Source of the DNA: an uncultured Candidatus Saccharibacteria bacterium
Lineage (GTDB): Bacteria > Patescibacteriota > Dojkabacteria > J137
Reading direction: 5' to 3'
NCBI GenBank assembly: GCA_964607415.1
Contig: CAZSKK010000001.1
Location: 132,190 to 196,189, forward strand
DNA length: 64,000 bases
In this document: piece by piece, positions 57,851-64,000 of the stretch
Layout: each line of letters opens with the position of its first letter
Numbering within the stretch: the stretch's first letter is position 1
Program-made: the position numbers and the translations under genes
The notes under the pieces: model-generated
Told to the model about the DNA's origin: nothing
Databases searched by the model: none
What the model saw: only the letters and a program-made list of their open reading frames with translations

Positions 57851-59185
57851 TTAGTTCAATTTTCCAGCCACCCATCCAGATGACCAGCTCCATGACAAAT
57901 TAAAACCTCCGACATCTCCATCTACGTCTAAAATTTCTCCGCATAAGAATAAATTATTGACCAATCGAGATTCCAGAGTGGATGCCGTTACTTCAGATGT
58001 ATCGATTCCTCCAGCTGTAAATTCAGCTTCGTTCCATCCTCTAGTTGTAACAATTGGTATTTTAGCACTTGTAAATATTGTGTAAAGGGCTTTCCGCTCT
58101 TTTTCGTTAAGTAGCTTAACTTTCTTATCTGTTGGTATTTTTAAGATATTTAGTATACTAGTTGCAACCTTGTTTGGGAATAACCCAAATAAGCTCTTTT
58201 CTATTGCCTGTTCAGGTCTTTTGCCCCATCTTTTATTCAAAAAATTTTCTAACTCATTTTCTGATTTTTTTGGAAAAAAATTTAAAGTTACATGACAATC
58301 ATCTTTATGTTCACGATTAAATCTAATTGAAATTTCCCGGCTTATATTCAAAATTGCAGGCCCTGATAAGCCATATTTAGTAAACATTACTTCATCTGTT
58401 GAAGTTTTAATTTTTTTATTATCAATAAAAGAAGTAACTTCAAGTTCAAGTTTTACACCTTGCAAATAGTGACAAAGTTGACTTTTTGCTTCAAGAGGAA
58501 GTGCTGCAGGAACTGGAGTAATAATTTTATGCCCAAAACTTTCTGCAAGCGAATAACCAGATCCATCTGAACCTAATGCAGGATATGTTCTACCACCTGC
58601 TGAAAGAATTAAATAGCTTGAGGTGAACGTTTGCTTTTCGTGGTTAGTAAGATTTGTTGTTTCAACTGAAAAGCTATTAGCAGTTAGCGCTTTGCCATCA
58701 TCATTTTTTTTGCTTTCTCTTTGTGTCATCCTGAGGGAAATCGAAGGATGAACATCTACAACTTCCGTATTCAAATAAACATCAATTCCAAGCCTGTTTA
58801 TTTCGTCTAGCATTACTTCTGTTACTGTTGATGCCTGATTTGTAATTGGAAAAAGTTTTCCTATATCGGTCTTCCTCTCAACATAAAGTTCAATTCCTAA
58901 ATCGTTAAAAAAGCTTACAATGTCTTTATAGCTAAATTGATCAAAAATTGATTTAATAAATTCAGGATTTGCCCCGTAGTAATGCTTTTCGATTGATTTA
59001 TCTAAATTGATATTTGTAATATTGCAACGTCCGGCGCCACAAACTAGTATTTTTCTCCCAAGTGCAAATGTTCTATCTAAAATTGCCACTGAATATTCAG
59101 GATGATGTTTTTTAGCTGAAATTGCAGCCATCATTCCCGCAGCTCCACCGCCAATTATTATTAGGTCGTAATGTGTTTTATCCAT
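57851..59185 (-). CDS. HI0933/YhiN-like FAD-dependent oxidoreductase
   Basis: YDLIIIGGGAAGMMAA (GxGxxG). C-terminal LFLCGEILDVDGDVGGFNLSWSWSSGWVAG is typical of the HI0933 family. Carries an in-frame copy of the hairpin repeat. Confidence 0.7.
   Translation of the reverse strand: MDKTHYDLIIIGGGAAGMMAAISAKKHHPEYSVAILDRTFALGRKILVCGAGRCNITNINLDKSIEKHYYGANPEFIKSIFDQFSYKDIVSFFNDLGIELYVERKTDIGKLFPITNQASTVTEVMLDEINRLGIDVYLNTEVVDVHPSISLRMTQRESKKNDDGKALTANSFSVETTNLTNHEKQTFTSSYLILSAGGRTYPALGSDGSGYSLAESFGHKIITPVPAALPLEAKSQLCHYLQGVKLELEVTSFIDNKKIKTSTDEVMFTKYGLSGPAILNISREISIRFNREHKDDCHVTLNFFPKKSENELENFLNKRWGKRPEQAIEKSLFGLFPNKVATSILNILKIPTDKKVKLLNEKERKALYTIFTSAKIPIVTTRGWNEAEFTAGGIDTSEVTASTLESRLVNNLFLCGEILDVDGDVGGFNLSWSWSSGWVAGKLN
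58723..58750. repeat. Hairpin repeat unit (CATCCT..AGGATG) inside the HI0933-like CDS, in frame (encodes ..HPSISLRMTQ..)
   Basis: TGTCATCCTGAGGGAAATCGAAGGATGA nearly identical to the right arm of the 30853..30931 element. Confidence 0.6.
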
Positions 59186-59272
59186 GGTGAAATTATATCA
59201 TTATCTTCAATTAAAAATTGTAATTGTAAACGTAAAATGGTTAAAGCCTTACTTTTCCTCTATAATATATTT

Positions 59273-59307
59273 AGCTGATAGCTGATAGCTGATAGCTGAT
59301 AGCTGAT
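59273..59307. repeat. Perfect tandem heptanucleotide array (AGCTGAT)x5
   Basis: Read directly. Directly downstream of a TATAAT at 59261..59266 and 40 nt upstream of the ku start. Same unit (rotation GATAGCT) as degenerate NNATAGC arrays elsewhere. Confidence 0.9.
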
Positions 59308-59346
59308 ACTAATTAACCAAAAACTAATAACTATTAACTTTCACAT

Positions 59347-60114
59347 ATGCGCCCAATTTGGACCGGAGGAATTTCATTTGGACTAATTTACATACCAGTA
59401 ACATTATTTTCTGCAGTTAAACCTGATGAAATTAAATTTCATATGGTTCGGAAAAAAGATTTAGCGCCAATTGGTTATCAAAAAATTGCTAAATCAACTG
59501 GTGAAACTGTTGAAAAGGAAGATATTGTTAAAGCAGTTGAAATGGATGATGGTTCAATGGTTACACTTGAAGATTCTGATTTTGAAAAAGCAAACCCTAG
59601 AAGAACAAAATCAATTGATATTTTGCAGTTTATGGACGAAAAAGAAATCGACCTAAAACTTGCTGAAAGACCTTATTATTTGGAGCCTGAAGAAGCTTCA
59701 AAAAAAACGTATTATCTTTTTTTAAGAGCGTTGCTTAAATCTAAAAAAGCAGCATTGGGAAGATTTGTTTTAAAAAACAAGGAATATTTGGCAATTATTA
59801 AAGCGGAAGAAGATCAGTTAGTTCTAATTCAAGTTAGATATGCCGACGAAATTAAACTACCTGTAAATGACGATTTTTCAAAAATTAAAGTCGAACAGAG
59901 CGAGTTGGAATTAGCTGAGCAAATTATAAACAACATGACTAAACCTTTTGATCCTGGAAAGTACAAAGAAAGTTTTAAGAATGAAATCCAAAGAATTATT
60001 AACGCTAAAAGACATAAGAAGCCACTGGTTCCAAAAGAAATGCCTTTGAAACCAACAGATAGCAAAGACATTATGAGTAAGCTTATGGAGAGTTTGAAGG
60101 AAAGCGAGAAATAA
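59347..60114 (+). CDS. ku: Ku DNA end-binding protein
   Basis: MRPIWTGGISFGLIYIPVTLFSA is the canonical bacterial Ku N-terminus (W.G.ISFGLV.IPV.L..A). Confidence 0.9.
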   Translation: MRPIWTGGISFGLIYIPVTLFSAVKPDEIKFHMVRKKDLAPIGYQKIAKSTGETVEKEDIVKAVEMDDGSMVTLEDSDFEKANPRRTKSIDILQFMDEKEIDLKLAERPYYLEPEEASKKTYYLFLRALLKSKKAALGRFVLKNKEYLAIIKAEEDQLVLIQVRYADEIKLPVNDDFSKIKVEQSELELAEQIINNMTKPFDPGKYKESFKNEIQRIINAKRHKKPLVPKEMPLKPTDSKDIMSKLMESLKESEK

Positions 60115-60131
60115 CTACTTTTTATTTTGTC

Positions 60132-60157
60132 TATCCTTTGACAAGCTCAGGGTGACA
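60132..60157. repeat. Hairpin repeat unit (reverse orientation) between ku and ligD
   Basis: TATCCTTTGACAAGCTCAGGGTGACA is the reverse complement of TGTCACCCTGAGCTTGTCAAAGGATA. Confidence 0.5.
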
Positions 60158-60177
60158 CTCATAATGTAAATAAGTGT

Positions 60178-62619
60178 ATGCTGACTGACTATAACGCCAA
60201 AAGAAACCCTAAAAAAACTAAAGAGCCATTTAGTGATAAGCTGCTACCTAAAAAACCCCATAAGCCTATTTTTACAGTTCAAAAGCATGACGCCACTAGG
60301 CTTCATTTTGATCTTCGACTGGAGCATAAAGGTGTTTTAAAAAGCTGGGCAATTCCTAAAGAACCTTCAAAAGACCCTGAAGTTAAAAGACTTGCAATTG
60401 AAACTGAAGATCATCCGTACGATTACGCATACTTTAGTGGAGATATCCCGGAAGGTGAATACGGCGCAGGTCACGTTGATTTATGGGATAAAGGGACTTT
60501 TGACATGTACGGTTTTGAATCAGGAATTGATAATGAAGTAATTTTTGAAAAAGCATACGAAAAAGGTCATATTCATGCAATTTTTCACGGTAAAAAACTA
60601 AAAGGAGAATACTCATTATTGAGATTTAGAACTGAGAAAAATAACACATGGCTATTTTTTAAAAATGAAGATGATAAACCATCAAAATTTAAAAAGACAG
60701 AATCCATTGAAGCTACTTTAAGTAAACTTGGTGCAAGAAAAACAGAACTTAATCTTCCAATTAAACCGATGCTTGCAACATTGGTTAAAAAGCCGTTCAC
60801 AAGCGAAGATTGGATTTTTGAAGTTAAGCATGATGGGTATAGAATTATTTGCGAAATTGAAGGCCCAAAAGTCAAACTTTATTCCAGAAATACATTTGAT
60901 TACACAAATAAATTTAAAGACGTGTCAGATGATCTTTCCAAAAGAAATTTAAACGCAATTTTAGATGGTGAACTTGTTGTTTTGGATGAAAATGGTAAAT
61001 CCGACTTCTCTCTTCTTCAAAAATATATAAAAAGTGGAAAAGGTTCTGTGGTTTATTACGTTTTTGATCTGCTAAAGTTTGGAGAATACAATCTTACTAA
61101 TATTCCGTTGATTTATAGAAAAACCATTTTGAAATCGATTATAAAAGATTCCAAATTTGTAAAATACAGTGAACATATAGAAAAAAACGGTGAAAACTTT
61201 TATAAACTTGCAAAAGAAGAAGGTTTGGAAGGGATTATGGCTAAAGAAAAAAATAGCAAATACAATGTTGATACAAGAACAAGTAACTGGCAAAAAATCA
61301 AGACTATTAAAACAATTGACGCATATATTGTAGGATTTACAGAGCCAAAAAATTCAAATGAATTTTTTGGCTCGTTGTGTCTTGCAATAAAAAAAGGCAA
61401 AGGTTTCAAATATATTGGAAATGTTGGTACTGGATTTGATTCAGTCACAAAACAATCACTTTTAGAGTTGTTTTCTGAAATCAAACTAGATAAGCCATCC
61501 GTCACAAATCCAACTAAAGTTATTGGCTTCAAGAAAATTACCTGGATAAAACCAAAGTTTATTTGCACTGTTAAATACGCAGAATTTACAAATGAGCATT
61601 TGTTAAGGCAAGCTGCATTTATTGATTTAAAAAATGCAAAGTATAAGAAAATAAAAACTGAGAATGTAAATGATATTTCTACAGATCTTAAATCATCAAA
61701 ACTGAATTCTAAAGAAGAAATTGTAAAAGTTGGAAATCAATCATTAAAGTTAACAAATTTAGACAAGCTTTACTGGCCCAAACAAAAAATTAATAAAGGC
61801 GAACTTGTTAGGTACTACGATAAAATTTCAGACTATATTTTGCCATATTTAAAAGATAGGCCTGAATCGCTAAATCGACATCCAAATGGAATTGAGGAAG
61901 AAGGTTTTTTTCAAAAAGATATTCCTGAAAACTATCCAGATTGGCTTAAAACTAAAATGATTCATTCCGAAAGTGTTGATAGAGACATTAACTATTTGAT
62001 CTGTAATGATGAAGAAACTTTGATTTATATGGCAAATCTTGGTTGTATTGAAATAAACCCTTGGCATTCAAGACTTGGTTCTTTAGAGAACCCTGATTAT
62101 ATGATTTTTGATTTAGATCCCTTAAATGTCAGCTTTCAAAAGGTTGTTCAGGTTGCATTAAAATTTAAAGAAGTCTTGGAAAAACTTGATATAAAATCTT
62201 ATCCTAAAACATCCGGTGCTACTGGAATTCATATTTATGTTCCACTGCCCTCAACGTATTCATACGACCAGGTTTTGGATTTTGCAAAATTAATTGCAAT
62301 TCAAGTTAATAAAGAACTACCAAAACTTACAAGTATCGAAAGAAGCCCCGAAAAGCGAAATAAGCGAGTTTATTTGGATGTAATGCAAAATATTAAAGGT
62401 CACACAATTGCAACTGTCTACTCTGCACGTCCTAAACCTTTTGCAACAGTTGCAACCCCACTTGATTGGAGTGAGGTAAACGAAAAGCTTTCACCTAAAA
62501 ATTTTAATATTTTTAATATATTTGAAAGATTAAATAAAAAAGGTGATATCTGGCAACCAGTTCTGGGCGATGGAATCAATATGAAGAAGGCCCTGGAAAA
62601 GCTTATGGAGCTGGAATAA
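60178..62619 (+). CDS. ligD: Multidomain ATP-dependent DNA ligase LigD (phosphoesterase - ligase - polymerase/primase)
   Basis: N-terminal PIFTVQKHDATRLHFDLRLE (PE domain), EVKHDGYR (ligase KxDG adenylation motif), and C-terminal SGATGIHIYVPL (LigD Pol/primase domain). Confidence 0.9.
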   Translation: MLTDYNAKRNPKKTKEPFSDKLLPKKPHKPIFTVQKHDATRLHFDLRLEHKGVLKSWAIPKEPSKDPEVKRLAIETEDHPYDYAYFSGDIPEGEYGAGHVDLWDKGTFDMYGFESGIDNEVIFEKAYEKGHIHAIFHGKKLKGEYSLLRFRTEKNNTWLFFKNEDDKPSKFKKTESIEATLSKLGARKTELNLPIKPMLATLVKKPFTSEDWIFEVKHDGYRIICEIEGPKVKLYSRNTFDYTNKFKDVSDDLSKRNLNAILDGELVVLDENGKSDFSLLQKYIKSGKGSVVYYVFDLLKFGEYNLTNIPLIYRKTILKSIIKDSKFVKYSEHIEKNGENFYKLAKEEGLEGIMAKEKNSKYNVDTRTSNWQKIKTIKTIDAYIVGFTEPKNSNEFFGSLCLAIKKGKGFKYIGNVGTGFDSVTKQSLLELFSEIKLDKPSVTNPTKVIGFKKITWIKPKFICTVKYAEFTNEHLLRQAAFIDLKNAKYKKIKTENVNDISTDLKSSKLNSKEEIVKVGNQSLKLTNLDKLYWPKQKINKGELVRYYDKISDYILPYLKDRPESLNRHPNGIEEEGFFQKDIPENYPDWLKTKMIHSESVDRDINYLICNDEETLIYMANLGCIEINPWHSRLGSLENPDYMIFDLDPLNVSFQKVVQVALKFKEVLEKLDIKSYPKTSGATGIHIYVPLPSTYSYDQVLDFAKLIAIQVNKELPKLTSIERSPEKRNKRVYLDVMQNIKGHTIATVYSARPKPFATVATPLDWSEVNEKLSPKNFNIFNIFERLNKKGDIWQPVLGDGINMKKALEKLMELE

Positions 62620-62663
62620 TTTATAAATACTAAGTGTCAATGTCGGACATGTAACTCTAGAGC

Positions 62664-63767
62664 TTAAAACGGCCAGCCATTTACGTAACCATTACATTTT
62701 TCCTTATAGCTAGCATTCGTAAACGATCCGCACATTTTATCTAGAGTTTCTTGTTTGGATCTTGAGTTAACAAGATAGTAACTCACAGCACCACTGATGC
62801 AATTATCGAGTAGATCCCAAGGAGCTGTTGCACATGCGTCTTCTACTACTTTGGGCGTTGAAATATTCTGCCTCATAGTTACTGCTCCAACTCCTCTTAA
62901 ACAAGCTACTTGACTTGGAGATTCCAAACATTTATTTACAGCGGCAGCATAATTGTCTTTCATCAGCCTAACAATATATCTACCAGAGTAATATAAGCAA
63001 ACTTCACGGTAAGCGCCATAATAATTCATACATGGATAAAATGGATTATTTGGATCTAAATATTTTGGTTCGTGTGTTAAAGAATTAGCTTCAAAATTTT
63101 CCATAAATACTCCCTCTGAACAATAAATCTGTTGTGAAAGTGTAGAAAATTTATCACAAAAAGGAAGAGCTTGTGGAATTTCACCTTCTTTGTAGTACAT
63201 TAAACCATGGCCAATTGCATGAACACATGTACCATCATTGCCAGCACAGATATTTAAATATTTGCTTTCTATATCAGCCTCGCTTTCAAAATACCCTTCA
63301 ATGACACCATGGGTGTACCCTGCACCGCAAACGTCATCTTGATAACTAATCGTAGTTCCTAAATCACCAAATTTTTTATACCCCATGTGTCCAATAGCAT
63401 GTGTTAATCCGTGACACGATCCAGCTATTTTTTTGCTAATTTTCATTAATTTATCAAGCCTTAACAGCGCAACATGAGGATCTTGATAATCAACAATATT
63501 TTGAAACTCGGTGCTAATAAGCCTATATTCTTTAGCAGTTAAATCTATGGGGCCTTCTGACACATCTTTATTATCATCAAAATTTTCGCTAATAACACTA
63601 TCAGGATTAATGCTGACAGGTAATGAAGGTATGTTCGTAAAATAGCTCGTTGGAACTATATTTGATTTTTCATTTTGATTTGTAAACTTATATCCCCAAA
63701 TGCCAGCAAAACTTGATATAGCAAGAAGAAAAATAAAAGTTAATACAAGCAGGATTTTATTTTTCAT
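62664..63767 (-). CDS. Secreted Cys/His-rich protein with duplicated C.H..THAIGH / CVHAIGHG motifs
   Basis: Signal peptide (LLVLTFIFLLAISSFA). About 22 Cys. Two HAIGH-containing repeats suggesting metal binding. Family unknown. Confidence 0.35.
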   Translation of the reverse strand: MKNKILLVLTFIFLLAISSFAGIWGYKFTNQNEKSNIVPTSYFTNIPSLPVSINPDSVISENFDDNKDVSEGPIDLTAKEYRLISTEFQNIVDYQDPHVALLRLDKLMKISKKIAGSCHGLTHAIGHMGYKKFGDLGTTISYQDDVCGAGYTHGVIEGYFESEADIESKYLNICAGNDGTCVHAIGHGLMYYKEGEIPQALPFCDKFSTLSQQIYCSEGVFMENFEANSLTHEPKYLDPNNPFYPCMNYYGAYREVCLYYSGRYIVRLMKDNYAAAVNKCLESPSQVACLRGVGAVTMRQNISTPKVVEDACATAPWDLLDNCISGAVSYYLVNSRSKQETLDKMCGSFTNASYKEKCNGYVNGWPF

Positions 63768-63782
63768 ATATTTGTCAATATT

Positions 63783-64000
63783 TTATGGTAGTAAGACAGT
63801 GTCTAATATATGTAAAATGCCGTTACTGGATTCTGAATCAGATAAAATGACAAATCCCTCGTTGACCATAATTTTATCGTTAAATATTTTAATCTTTAAA
63901 TCCTTGCCATCAATGGTTTTTATGATCATTCCGTCCGAAAGTGCGTCAAGTTTAATTTTACCTTTGACAATGTGATAATTTAGAATATTTTTTAAATGTT
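63783..64000 (-). CDS. Fasciclin (FAS1) domain protein, C-terminal part only (N-terminus beyond window)
   Basis: Minus-strand translation ..HIVKGKIKLDALSDGMIIKTIDGKDLKIKIFNDKIMVNEGFVILSDSESSNGILHILDTVLLP-stop matches the FAS1 C-terminal consensus (NGVIHVID.VLLP). Confidence 0.6.
   Translation of the reverse strand, partial: HLKNILNYHIVKGKIKLDALSDGMIIKTIDGKDLKIKIFNDKIMVNEGFVILSDSESSNGILHILDTVLLP

Noticed and set aside
1-64000. CRISPR arrays, rRNA genes, insertion sequences with transposase genes
   Set aside because: No evenly spaced 25-40-bp repeats with unique spacers, no rRNA-like conserved stretches, no transposase/integrase ORF other than the Xer-type recombinase. The heptad arrays are too short-period to be CRISPR.

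Overview
AT-rich (about one-third GC) bacterial chromosome segment, densely coded on both strands. The high fraction of hypothetical or divergent proteins, the long SecA and the sortase plus VirB4-like genes fit a small-genome lineage such as Patescibacteria/CPR; this is an inference, not a test. Recognisable genes: SEDS FtsW/RodA, SecA, MurG, MsrB, M16 peptidase, VirB4-like ATPase, RlmD/TrmA-type rRNA methyltransferase, DsbA-like oxidoreductase, MiaB-like methylthiotransferase, a heterodimeric ABC exporter, DprA-like, Pth, XerC/D-type recombinase, GlyA, FolD, DEAD-box helicase, an HI0933-like flavoprotein, Ku plus full-length LigD (NHEJ), Mpg glycosylase, sortase, GH18 hydrolase and ATP-grasp/methyltransferase/PLP enzymes. 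Four tRNAs are present (Leu-TAG, Gly-GCC, Thr-CGT, Gly-CCC). Unusual features: (1) a cobalamin-riboswitch-like leader with an intrinsic terminator upstream of a secreted protein plus small polytopic membrane protein pair; (2) a 1.25 kb single-gene insertion at the 3-prime end of msrB bounded by 64-bp direct repeats; (3) arrays of 7-bp tandem repeats (NNATAGC, with one perfect (AGCTGAT)x5 array upstream of ku) in many intergenic regions, often abutting start codons; (4) a family of covarying hairpin repeats (CAYCCT..AGGRTG), one an inverted pair (MITE-like) and one in frame inside a CDS; (5) a second hairpin family and tRNA-fragment duplications next to tRNA-Gly; (6) an AbiEii-like nucleotidyltransferase module with a second nucleotidyltransferase; (7) an ATP-grasp/methyltransferase/PLP/NlpC-P60 operon with repeated upstream elements; (8) a 600-bp gene-free, structure-rich region with a tRNA-like element. 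Non-ORF coordinates may be off by 1-2 nt; no database searches were run.
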